Source: an uncultured euryarchaeote
Lineage (GTDB): Archaea > Thermoplasmatota > Poseidoniia > Poseidoniales > Poseidoniaceae
NCBI GenBank assembly: GCA_937899865.1
Contig: CALBRH010000051.1
Coordinates: forward strand, 32,001-96,000
Length of the DNA: 64,000 nucleotides
Direction of reading: 5' to 3'
Positions 9,163 through 18,571 of the stretch are shown one piece after another (within the stretch, counting starts at the first letter, position 1; each line of letters opens with the position of its first letter). Below the pieces are notes generated by a model, which was given only the letters and a program-made list of their open reading frames with translations, was not told where the DNA came from and did not search any database. The position numbers were made by a program, and so were the translations under genes.

Positions 9163-10122
9163 TCACTTTATGCTGTCGAGAATTTTTGCCAACAAGTTAG
9201 CATGCTGTTTGTCACTTATGCCAAGAGATTCTCTTAAGGTACCCAGCATTGCTTCCTCATCTTCAGTAATTATTCCATCTATTAATGCTGTTTCCAAAGT
9301 TTTGTAATAGGTATTCACATTTTCAGGGTATACTGGTTCTTTTTTAGCTAAGTTCAACAATTTTTCATGCACTTCATCTGAAATTCCATAGGCTCCTCTA
9401 AATGTGTCAAGTAATGTCAATTCATCATCTATCAATTGGTTATCAAATAATGCTTGACTAAGCATCTCAAGATAGATGTCTTCAGGTGGAGATATTTCTA
9501 TTGAATCACGAGCTTCTTCTGATAATCTTTTCACTCGTTCAGGATGCATTCCCAAAAATTCTACAACCCCTGATATCAACTGATGCTCGTCATGAGTTAT
9601 TATTCCATCTTCCCATGCACAAGCGAACATCAATCTAACTAAATCTTCACTTGATTGAGCATCCATTGATACCTTTCCAGAAGCCATAGAGATTGATGAT
9701 ATGATTGGCTTATCGTGGTAATGTAAATGTTCATCAATGTGAGACAAAATTTCAAGAATTCTTCTATTGTTCTTTGGTATTTCACGAATCTGTATAGATT
9801 TCCCCTCACAACTTACCATTGTTGCAAGAGTTTGATCGACGAGTAATTTGGCTCTTGTTCTTCCAGTAGTAGACAAGGAGTATACCTTTCTCCTTTGTTT
9901 TGCTCCAGGAACATGTCTGTTGCAAATAGTAATTTCTTTTGCCTTTTCAAGTCGCTTAAGTGTTCTTGGTACATGCTTTCGCTGTACATGAACGGCTGCA
10001 GAAATTCCAGCTTGAGTTAATGCAACAGGCGCTTCCCATTGATTAGTTGGTAATATATTGTCAAACAGGTGAATGAGCATTCTTTGCTCAGTAGTTAACT
10101 TACCCAGATAACCATCAACCAT
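9163..10122 (-). CDS. Winged-helix DNA-binding protein with three C-terminal TerB-like helical repeats
   Basis: LTQAGIS..VHVQRKHVPRTLKRL...RRKVYSLS wHTH. Repeats AWEDGIITHDE, ALFDNQLIDDE, ALIDGIITEDE. Confidence 0.65.
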   Translation of the reverse strand: MVDGYLGKLTTEQRMLIHLFDNILPTNQWEAPVALTQAGISAAVHVQRKHVPRTLKRLEKAKEITICNRHVPGAKQRRKVYSLSTTGRTRAKLLVDQTLATMVSCEGKSIQIREIPKNNRRILEILSHIDEHLHYHDKPIISSISMASGKVSMDAQSSEDLVRLMFACAWEDGIITHDEHQLISGVVEFLGMHPERVKRLSEEARDSIEISPPEDIYLEMLSQALFDNQLIDDELTLLDTFRGAYGISDEVHEKLLNLAKKEPVYPENVNTYYKTLETALIDGIITEDEEAMLGTLRESLGISDKQHANLLAKILDSIK

Positions 10123-10209
10123 ATACGCACCAATTACCCGTTGTAGTAACAGCAAATAGAGTCAACGGTAATCCGTTTGTATAATATGCCAGTCATTCGA
10201 CCGATAAAC

Positions 10210-11301
10210 ATGGGCCGTCAGTCAAGAAAGTACAATCCACGTACACGTACTAAACGACCCATAGGATTGCAAATAGATACGGAACAATCACCCAACAAAC
10301 CTCATCCAATTCCATCAAAATTAGGAGATAGGTGGTTTTTACCTAATCCATTAGGCGCTAGATTAAACCAAAAAAGTGGTCTAGGGTTAAATGTTGAAAA
10401 TGGAATTTCACTTGAATCAATTGAAGTATTGTTTTGTCATTGGAATAGACATGTCCCATTAGAATCAAACTGGGTTGGTCATATTTTAGATGATGATAAA
10501 GACTTCATTGCTAAATCAGTAATTTTCGATGTTTCTAGATCAGGCGGAGAAATAGTAATACCAGTAGGAAACATTTCTAATTTCACTTATTCAAAACAAA
10601 CATTTGCATTAAAATGGTCAAGAAATAAGTCTCATTTTAATAGTAAACCAATATCACAGATGCGATGGTTTTGGGCATCAGAAAATGTTGACTGGGATGA
10701 ACTTAAAAATTGGGTTAATGAAGTAATTACCAGTGAATGTATCCCTGAAGTATTCGTTATTGATGATGAAATGGATATTACAATGTATCGTCTAAGTTAT
10801 GAAAATTTGCAAGGTAATCAAGAAGTTTGGGACGATTTGTCAGATACTCAAAAAAATACAATTGAATCAATGCTTTCACAGAGAAAAGTCACCAAATCTG
10901 GGTGTTTTATTGATGGCTTGGATAATTGGCCTTTGTCTTCAATTGGTGTTGAACATCTATCGGGTATTAATCTGCGTAATGAAGAAATTGAGTGGTTGCT
11001 GTCAAAATATCAAGCAAAAGAAAATAACATCTCACTATTTTCACATTTAGTTGATTCTGGTTGCATATTGCGTCCAGGTTTCAAATATGGTTGCAAATGG
11101 AGAGTTTATGATGACGATGTTGGAAAATCACATGCTCCATGGTTGCTACAACCACTTGATGAAGCACCAAATTCTTGGGAGCAAGTATGTTTAGCAGTTC
11201 GATTAGCTGAAGGCGTTCACAAAAAGTGGGTATGTGGATTGAATGAAGATAAGCAGTGGAAATACCTTAACATTGCACGATGGTTACCAGGCCGTGTTTA
11301 A
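10210..11301 (+). CDS. endA: tRNA-intron endonuclease (long, two-unit form)
   Basis: RPGFKYGCKWRVY, SHAPW, AEGVHKKW carry the Tyr/His/Lys triad. Start uncertain (10177, 10186 or 10210). Confidence 0.85.
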   Translation: MGRQSRKYNPRTRTKRPIGLQIDTEQSPNKPHPIPSKLGDRWFLPNPLGARLNQKSGLGLNVENGISLESIEVLFCHWNRHVPLESNWVGHILDDDKDFIAKSVIFDVSRSGGEIVIPVGNISNFTYSKQTFALKWSRNKSHFNSKPISQMRWFWASENVDWDELKNWVNEVITSECIPEVFVIDDEMDITMYRLSYENLQGNQEVWDDLSDTQKNTIESMLSQRKVTKSGCFIDGLDNWPLSSIGVEHLSGINLRNEEIEWLLSKYQAKENNISLFSHLVDSGCILRPGFKYGCKWRVYDDDVGKSHAPWLLQPLDEAPNSWEQVCLAVRLAEGVHKKWVCGLNEDKQWKYLNIARWLPGRV

Positions 11302-13394
11302 TCATCGATTGGTCTGCCCCATGCATCGACTGGAACCTGTTCAAATGCTGTCTCAGTTACCGGATATTGTTTTGGTAATTCTTCATTGTCATTTTTTGTC
11401 GAATCCTTCATGGTCAAGAATATCCATAATGCTGCAAAAATACAAGCGAGACCAACCATTTGAGAAGGACTAACGTAATCATTTAATGATTTAGTTACAG
11501 AACTTTCAGCGGTAAGTACAACATCAATATTCCATTGATTGTCATTACTATCAGTAATTTCAATAACTCCATTAACGATCATGTTATTGGTTAACAATTC
11601 TTTAGGTTCAATTTCAATGATAAGATAATCATCTTCACCAGTTAGTCTCAAGGTTTGTTGACTATCGGCAATTCGTGACAATGGCCCATCAATTTTGTAC
11701 TGAAAGTTATGACTTCCACTACCTGTGGTATCTATTGGGATAGAAACTTCACTATTGCCATTAACTGGTATAGTGTTACTGAAACTGCTATCTTTAGGTA
11801 ATATCGATAGAGATAAAACCTCAATATCTAAGTCTACAACTTCATTTCCACATCCCAGTGTCCCAACAAGGCGAGTTTTTGAGTTATGTTGAGCGGCTGA
11901 ATTAAATCTAATTTCTAAGTCTGTTGTTTCACCAGCAATAAGTTGGTTAGCAGAAATGGAAACTAATCTACCATCGGTTGATGTCAGTTGATTATCTAAT
12001 ATACAAGTTACAGAAGATGTAGCACTAAATGGAATTGGTTCATTTAGTAAAGATGTTATTGAATAGTTAGGTAAGTCAACACTAAATTCAGAAACACATG
12101 AATCTGACTTGAATAAAATTTCAACTTGATTTTGTATTACTATTTCAGCATACCAATCAACTAGAATACCATCATGGTTGCGTATTTCTATCCCTTTACT
12201 ACCAAATGTCGTTCCATTAATGAAAATATCACTCGCTTGACCTTCATTAGAACCAGTTAACAATTCATCATTTCCATCAGCCTCAATTATCTTTAGATAT
12301 GGTCTCTTATTATTTACATTCAATTCATTATCATCATAACCACTTACTGTAGTATCTTGATAAGAAACTAATACTCCATTACCAGGTAATTCATCATCAA
12401 ATAAATTATCACCTCTATATTCTATCCAAACATACTCTCCTTCACTTATTGGGATTTTATAATCTAATTTTATTTTGTCAAGAGAAGAAAATATAATGCT
12501 ATTTGCAGAACAATGATCAGCCTCTTGAACCCAGTTAAAAATCACATTTTCATAGTTGTCAAGCCCTATGGTTTCTAGTGTTGAAGACATTGGTAGAGCA
12601 GGAGTTTTTCCATCATCATTCCAATTGCCACTGGCCATAATATCCCAATCTCCAACCCCTTTCCATACCGATGTTTGTTGACCATCTGAAGGATACAAAT
12701 CATAGGCTCCCATTTGATGTAACATCTCATGCATAGCTGTTCCAAATCCTTCCATTCCAGAACCCAAACTAGCCATGGCATAATGTCCAATAGACAAATC
12801 ATCGTCGAGTTCAATCAACTCTTCAAATGTAGTGAAATGTGACCATATTCTATTCGAGTTCCCACCAGTTTCTTGCCCAATTGTAGTATGCAAAATCAAT
12901 AATCTATCCACTATTCCATCATTGTTTAGATCATATTTCTCCCAGTCGACACTTTTCTTATTGGCAAGAACTACTTCTTCAGCTAGTTGCATTGGCAAAT
13001 GTGTGCCGTCATTTGAGGAATCTCTTTCCACACCATTATCAGCACCGTAATCTGCCAAATTACCAATTGCAGTAGTCATAACTGTATGAATATCGATATT
13101 CACTGTGACACTACCTCTGGAAAGTTCAGAAAAATATTCATTTGCATTAGGGATAAGCATTGATTCTGCTTCAGATATAGCAGTGTTTGGATTGGTATTT
13201 CTTCCATTAAAATCAACTATCAATACTGGCCAGTATTCATCATTTTGAATTGACAGAGTTTCAATATCATCATCTTGAACAATTATTGAATTACTTTTCA
13301 ACCATTCTTCAATAACAGAGTCATTAGTAAAGGAAAATATGGCTGCGGATAGCAGCAAAAAGATTAGTGGGAATCCTAACCATTTCCCCTTCAT
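11298..13394 (-). CDS. Membrane-anchored M6 (immune inhibitor A-like) zinc metalloprotease
   Basis: Signal/TM N-terminus, DLNNDGIVD, HEMLHQMGAYDLY, WDIMASG, C-terminal TM. Confidence 0.85.
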   Translation of the reverse strand: MKGKWLGFPLIFLLLSAAIFSFTNDSVIEEWLKSNSIIVQDDDIETLSIQNDEYWPVLIVDFNGRNTNPNTAISEAESMLIPNANEYFSELSRGSVTVNIDIHTVMTTAIGNLADYGADNGVERDSSNDGTHLPMQLAEEVVLANKKSVDWEKYDLNNDGIVDRLLILHTTIGQETGGNSNRIWSHFTTFEELIELDDDLSIGHYAMASLGSGMEGFGTAMHEMLHQMGAYDLYPSDGQQTSVWKGVGDWDIMASGNWNDDGKTPALPMSSTLETIGLDNYENVIFNWVQEADHCSANSIIFSSLDKIKLDYKIPISEGEYVWIEYRGDNLFDDELPGNGVLVSYQDTTVSGYDDNELNVNNKRPYLKIIEADGNDELLTGSNEGQASDIFINGTTFGSKGIEIRNHDGILVDWYAEIVIQNQVEILFKSDSCVSEFSVDLPNYSITSLLNEPIPFSATSSVTCILDNQLTSTDGRLVSISANQLIAGETTDLEIRFNSAAQHNSKTRLVGTLGCGNEVVDLDIEVLSLSILPKDSSFSNTIPVNGNSEVSIPIDTTGSGSHNFQYKIDGPLSRIADSQQTLRLTGEDDYLIIEIEPKELLTNNMIVNGVIEITDSNDNQWNIDVVLTAESSVTKSLNDYVSPSQMVGLACIFAALWIFLTMKDSTKNDNEELPKQYPVTETAFEQVPVDAWGRPIDD

Positions 13395-13430
13395 AGAGTT
13401 AGCAAGACTCCTTTATCTATCAAATGTTGG

Positions 13431-14438
13431 TTATTCTGCTAAATCTTGATACTGATTCAAAGTGATGTTTACATCTGGGGCAATATGTTCTAATCCTCGC
13501 CAAACTTTATCATTTTTACAGCAATGTATGGCTAAATTATTGGGTTTGTGTATAATGATTAATTTGAGCAAATCATCTTGAAGATTTTTGTCTTGACAGA
13601 TGTTTTTCATTACTAGATGATCATCAAATCCTGAACTCAAATCTTCTTCACAATTGCATGATATATTCAGTGTTGAAATTATGTCGCCTTGTGATGAAAA
13701 TACTTTCTCAATCTTGACATTATATTTAGGTGACTTTGTAGTCCATGGCCGGGAAAAGAACTCAATTAGACCTAGGGTAATTATTGTGATCAAAACTCCA
13801 TTACTTGTTCTCTCATAGTAAGACAATAAAGAGACTAATGCTATGAATCCATAGACTCTAATCCTCCACCAATTAGCGTTACTTGAATCGAGATTACCGG
13901 TTAATCCTGAAGAGATCATAATTGAACTGGAAATTATCACAAGTACTTGTATCCATAATATCATTGTGGCAAAATAAATTAATGAAATTGCATCATATTT
14001 TGTCACAAAACCATATTCAGTGTGGATATTATGACCTAATTGATAAAATAATGGGAGTACTTCAATGACAGTGATATAACTAACTATTAGGAATAATATT
14101 GGTGCCATCATTAATGTAATTTTGACCATTTTTCGCTCACTATTAGTCAGTCCAGGTTTTGAAAAAGTCCAAAATTGGAAATTCACTAAAGGCGTTATAG
14201 TGATAAATCCAAGAAAACCAGAAATTATCCATCGCAATTCTGACCATTTTTCAGGTTGGTATAAGTTTAGGCAATCTGCTGAACATGGATTAAAAATACT
14301 GACAAAGTATTCCAATACTACATCAATTTTCAATAGCCATGGTATAGATGATATAATCCAAATGAATAGTAAAATTCCAAATCTCGCAAATAATTCATTT
14401 GTGTGAGTTGCTAAACGAGTATTTGAGTCACTACTCAA
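13431..14438 (-). CDS. tatC: Twin-arginine translocase subunit TatC with Cys-rich C-terminal extension
   Basis: HTNELFARF, FWTFSKPGLTNSER, multiple TM helices. TTG start uncertain. Confidence 0.75.
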   Translation of the reverse strand: MSSDSNTRLATHTNELFARFGILLFIWIISSIPWLLKIDVVLEYFVSIFNPCSADCLNLYQPEKWSELRWIISGFLGFITITPLVNFQFWTFSKPGLTNSERKMVKITLMMAPILFLIVSYITVIEVLPLFYQLGHNIHTEYGFVTKYDAISLIYFATMILWIQVLVIISSSIMISSGLTGNLDSSNANWWRIRVYGFIALVSLLSYYERTSNGVLITIITLGLIEFFSRPWTTKSPKYNVKIEKVFSSQGDIISTLNISCNCEEDLSSGFDDHLVMKNICQDKNLQDDLLKLIIIHKPNNLAIHCCKNDKVWRGLEHIAPDVNITLNQYQDLAE

Positions 14439-14459
14439 ATTGAGACTCAGGTGACCACC

Positions 14460-15410
14460 TCACACCAAATCGGTGTATTGCTTTGGCGCTCTTGCTTGTA
14501 CAACAGTACGATAAACACCAAATATTGCCCATAGCATTAACATTCCTGTAAGAAGTTTTATTCCCCATGATTGCGAAGAATCTACTGACCAAGCAAACAA
14601 CAAGATTGCAACAATTGATAAAATACCTCTTCGAACACCTTGTGGTACTGCAAGACTCATGTCCAAGTGTGGTGGACCTCCACCAAATCTCCTCTCATAG
14701 AACTCACCTTGAACAACTGCACCAATTATTATGATAGACAGAGTAGTCCAATAGAATAAGTTTCCATTATTGAAGAAATCTTCTGCAATACCTTCTTGTC
14801 TTTCTGCTTCTAAAGCAGCTGGATCTTCTTCTGCAACGAATAGTGAATCATAATCTCCTACACTAATCGTTCTTAGTTGCAAGTTGTCAGAATCGTCTTC
14901 AAAAGTTGTATCTGGAGCACTAATCGAGAATGACAAAATATTCCACAAATCTCCACCGTCAAATTCACCGTTTCCATTTACTGCATTTCCGACAAGTTGG
15001 AAAGAAACACTACCAATATCCGAATCAGGAGCAGTCCAAGATACTATCCAATTATTGCCAGGCTCAGATTGTGAAAGTGCTCCAGGTTCATCAGTTACAG
15101 TTTGTGAACCTTCTCCAGGAGTTAATGTACCAGAATTATAGTCCCACAATAGGTAACCACCGATCTCATTTGATGCATGCTGTAATGATATGGTGAAATC
15201 ATATGTTTCTCCTATCGAGTATGATCTAGGCACTCCTGAAATAGAGACAACAACTTCCGTAGAAGGTGCACCATCTCCATGGCATGTACAACCAGTATCA
15301 ATTACCATATCTGAACCATTTTTCCATGGTGGGCCGTTAGGATTTGCAATAACAGGGGCGACTAATAACAGAGCCAAAATCACGATAATAAGCCGCGGCT
15401 TCATAGTCAT
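14460..15410 (-). CDS. Secreted/membrane Reeler-like (choice-of-anchor V-like) protein with GCTCH motif
   Basis: Signal peptide, GCTCHG, WTAP..G.V.F..VGNAVNG, three C-terminal TM helices. SD GGGTGA before ATG 15410. Confidence 0.65.
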   Translation of the reverse strand: MTMKPRLIIVILALLLVAPVIANPNGPPWKNGSDMVIDTGCTCHGDGAPSTEVVVSISGVPRSYSIGETYDFTISLQHASNEIGGYLLWDYNSGTLTPGEGSQTVTDEPGALSQSEPGNNWIVSWTAPDSDIGSVSFQLVGNAVNGNGEFDGGDLWNILSFSISAPDTTFEDDSDNLQLRTISVGDYDSLFVAEEDPAALEAERQEGIAEDFFNNGNLFYWTTLSIIIIGAVVQGEFYERRFGGGPPHLDMSLAVPQGVRRGILSIVAILLFAWSVDSSQSWGIKLLTGMLMLWAIFGVYRTVVQARAPKQYTDLV

Positions 15411-15483
15411 CTCAGTCTCACCCAGTTTTTCGAAAAATTGCATACCTTTGAACATTACCTAATAATATTAAGAAAAGTTGTAA

Positions 15484-16950
15484 TCATGATTCTTTAATTG
15501 CATTATTCAATTCAGTCATCATCTTCTTTCCATCACCAAACATCATCATAGTTTTGTCCATGTAGAATAGGTCATTATCTACACCAGCATAACCAACCGA
15601 TAAAGAACGCTTGATAATGACAACTGTTCTTGCTTGATCAGCATCAATAATTGGCATTCCAGCAAGAGGTCCTTCACCACTTCTTGCTGCTGGATTAGTT
15701 GTATCATTGGCACCAATAACTAGAGCAACATCACAATCAGGGAATTCAGAATTAATTTCATCCATTTCTATAAGCTGTTCATATGGTACATTAGCCTCAG
15801 CTAAAAGCACATTCATATGACCTGGCATTCTACCAGCAACTGGATGTATTGCGTAGGAAACTTCAGTATCGTATTTTTCAGAAATTATATCTGCAAATTC
15901 CTTTACTTGGTGTTGGCACTGAGAAACAGCCATACCATATCCAGGAACTATGATCACCTTTTGTGCACCATCCAACATCATAGCAACCTCATCAGCATCA
16001 GAACCAACCTTGGTTCTTGTTAGAGATGCTTTCTCTCCGCTACCACCGAATGATTTGAAGAGAACATCTGGAAGAGTTCTATTCATTGCCTTGCACATGA
16101 TGAATGTTAAGATTAAGCCAGAGGCTCCAACAAGCGAACCAGCAACAATAAGAACGGAATTTCCAATAATAAAACCGGTAAAGGCAGCAGCAATTCCAGA
16201 TAAGGAATTCAGCAGAGATACTACAACAGGCATGTCAGCACCACCAATTGGTAATACCAAGATAATTCCAAGTAGACTTGAAATTCCAATGATTGCCCAT
16301 AGATAATCTGTGTTTCTAGGGTCATCAATGCTCAAGTAAATCAAAGTAAGAACAGTAAGCATTAGTATTACTTTTACCGGATTTAGCCAAGTTGGCCCCC
16401 AAGTAGGTGTATTGAGCCATTTCCTTCGTCCGCGTTCATCCTTTTTAGTGAACGGGATGTAAATGCCACCTTTTAGTTTAAACATAGCTAGCAATGAACC
16501 GGTTAGTGTCATCCAACCAACCAAAGCGGATAATCCCGCTGCAATCATAATGACTTGTATATCTAGTCCAGTTGGAAGTGCAAGGCTAGTGTCCTCTATG
16601 TATCTCCATGTTTCAGATAGTGCAACTAATGCAGATGCAGCTCCACCAAATCCATTGAACAATGCTACTAATTCAGGCATTCCAGTCATTTCTACCTTTA
16701 CAGCCATTACATATCCTATTAGTGAACCAATAAACAGTCCTGCAATAATTAGTGTCCATTGTGCTTCTGTATCTGCTAGTTGCATGTCAATTATTGTGGT
16801 AACTACAGCAACCAACATACCCATAGCACCCAATTGATTACCACGAGGAGCAGTTCTTGGATGGCCTAATTTTTTCAGACCGAAAATGAATAGTGCTGCA
16901 GCAATTAGATAACCAATAGAAGTCCATTCGCTAATCTCCATTTTAGGCAC
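15484..16950 (-). CDS. pntB: NAD(P) transhydrogenase beta subunit
   Basis: GGADMPVVVSLLNS, PGYGMAV, HPVAGRMPGHMNVLLAE, GANDTTNP. Confidence 0.96.
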   Translation of the reverse strand: MPKMEISEWTSIGYLIAAALFIFGLKKLGHPRTAPRGNQLGAMGMLVAVVTTIIDMQLADTEAQWTLIIAGLFIGSLIGYVMAVKVEMTGMPELVALFNGFGGAASALVALSETWRYIEDTSLALPTGLDIQVIMIAAGLSALVGWMTLTGSLLAMFKLKGGIYIPFTKKDERGRRKWLNTPTWGPTWLNPVKVILMLTVLTLIYLSIDDPRNTDYLWAIIGISSLLGIILVLPIGGADMPVVVSLLNSLSGIAAAFTGFIIGNSVLIVAGSLVGASGLILTFIMCKAMNRTLPDVLFKSFGGSGEKASLTRTKVGSDADEVAMMLDGAQKVIIVPGYGMAVSQCQHQVKEFADIISEKYDTEVSYAIHPVAGRMPGHMNVLLAEANVPYEQLIEMDEINSEFPDCDVALVIGANDTTNPAARSGEGPLAGMPIIDADQARTVVIIKRSLSVGYAGVDNDLFYMDKTMMMFGDGKKMMTELNNAIKES

Positions 16951-17254
16951 CTCCTTTCTTCTTTCCTGCGATCATATTGAGCATACGATTTGTAACAGCA
17001 AAACCACCTACAACGTTAATCATTGCTAACACAACAGCTACAAATGCCAGTAAACCTGAAACCATTGTATCGCCGCCCTCAAATGCAACATTTGCACCAA
17101 TTAATGCGCCAACAATACTTATTCCTGAAATAGCATTTGCTCCACTCATTAGTGGTGTATGCAAAGTTGCTGGTACTTTTGTTATCAATTCGAATCCCAA
17201 AAAGATAGATAGCACAAATAGAGTTATACTCCCAATTAATAGTTCGGGTGTCAT
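16943..17254 (-). CDS. pntAB: NAD(P) transhydrogenase alpha subunit, membrane part
   Basis: KVPATLHTPLMSGANAISG, NVVGGFAVT.RML. Confidence 0.93.
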   Translation of the reverse strand: MTPELLIGSITLFVLSIFLGFELITKVPATLHTPLMSGANAISGISIVGALIGANVAFEGGDTMVSGLLAFVAVVLAMINVVGGFAVTNRMLNMIAGKKKGGA

Positions 17255-18414
17255 TGTAAAACCCCCGCAAGTCTTGATTGCTTTTCATGCATTTTGCCAT
17301 CCATACAAATCAACACACCACCCATTCCATTGACATAAAAGTCTGAACCTTCGGGTGCGCCAAATAATACATCATCATCATCAGACAAGGTTAATTCTCC
17401 TTCCTTTACCAAAGAAGTAATGAAAGTTGTAAGATTATTGGAGTATAGCATACTTGCAGTATTTGCTATTGTACCTGGCAAATTTGAAGTTCCAACAATT
17501 ATTACCCCATTTTTAGTAGTAATAATTTCACCTTTCTTAGTATCTTCACAATTACCTCCGACATCAGCATTCATGTCAACAATTACTGCTCCTGATTTGA
17601 ATTCGCTAACCGCACTACTTGGAACAGTAATTGGAGCAGGTCTACCAAAAATCCTTGCAGTGGTAATTACTATATCAGCATCTTTTGCAACTCCACATAC
17701 AGTATCGTTAACCTTCTGAATAAATTCTGGAGTTAGAGGTTTTGCATATCCAGATTCGTCTTCAAAATCATCCATGCCATCAACTTCGATGAATCTTCCA
17801 CCAACAGATTCAATTTGTTCTGCAGCAGATTTCCTAACATCGGATGCATAAACTACCGCACCCAATCTTTTTGCTGTAGCTATTGCTTGTAGCCCTGCTA
17901 CACCACTACCCATCACAACAACTTTTGCAGGCCTCACTGTACCAGCGGAAGTAGTCATCATTGGAATACCCTTAGGAACATTAGCCGCACCTAATAGAAC
18001 AGCTTTGTATCCAGCGAGATTATCTTGACTTGAATTTACATCCATTGATTGTGCTCTTGATAACCTTCTTGGAATCATATCCATAGACATCAAGGTAATG
18101 TTTGAATCCATGCATTGTTTGACATATTCTGGATTTCTAAAAGGATCTGCTACACATACTAGATTGGTTTTTTCTGCGATACCTTCTACACCTGGGAAAT
18201 TAATGCAGATTATATTCTCACAACTTAGTGCATCCTTACGTGAAACAATCTTTGCTCCCGCAGCTTCATAATCACTGTCATGGTAATTAGCAGATACTCC
18301 TGCGTTCTTTTCAATACAAACTTCAAATCCTGCTTTCAACAGTTTTTTTAGACTTGATGGAACTATCGCTACTCTTGTTTCTTTTTCCGGTTCTTTTGGC
18401 ACACCTAGTCTCAT
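17251..18414 (-). CDS. pntAA: NAD(P) transhydrogenase alpha subunit, NAD(H)-binding part
   Basis: GVPKE..ETRVA, RAQSMDV.SSQ, GSGVAGLQA, DIVITTA. Start refined to ATG 18414. Confidence 0.93.
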   Translation of the reverse strand: MRLGVPKEPEKETRVAIVPSSLKKLLKAGFEVCIEKNAGVSANYHDSDYEAAGAKIVSRKDALSCENIICINFPGVEGIAEKTNLVCVADPFRNPEYVKQCMDSNITLMSMDMIPRRLSRAQSMDVNSSQDNLAGYKAVLLGAANVPKGIPMMTTSAGTVRPAKVVVMGSGVAGLQAIATAKRLGAVVYASDVRKSAAEQIESVGGRFIEVDGMDDFEDESGYAKPLTPEFIQKVNDTVCGVAKDADIVITTARIFGRPAPITVPSSAVSEFKSGAVIVDMNADVGGNCEDTKKGEIITTKNGVIIVGTSNLPGTIANTASMLYSNNLTTFITSLVKEGELTLSDDDDVLFGAPEGSDFYVNGMGGVLICMDGKMHEKQSRLAGVLQ

Positions 18415-18543
18415 TTTGACCACCAACCCGAGTAAAATAATCTGGGTCAATATGAGCCAGTCAAAGGCGGCTTTTAGATAACACGCTTGAAAACGCTTAC
18501 AGTTAGTGAGGGCTTTTCTACCATCTAACTTATTTTATGTCTT

Positions 18544-18554
18544 TTACTGGAGTA
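18544..18554. promoter_or_regulatory. TTACTGGAGTA motif upstream of mdh, identical to the core of the 36351-36370 palindrome
   Basis: Exact 11-nt match to 36355-36365, in the divergent pnt/mdh intergenic region. Confidence 0.3.
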
Positions 18555-18571
18555 TTCTAAAGGGGATTAAA

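Noticed and set aside
12345-12354. TACT-GT-AGTA core
   Set aside because: Inside the M6 protease CDS with no extended arms; likely chance.
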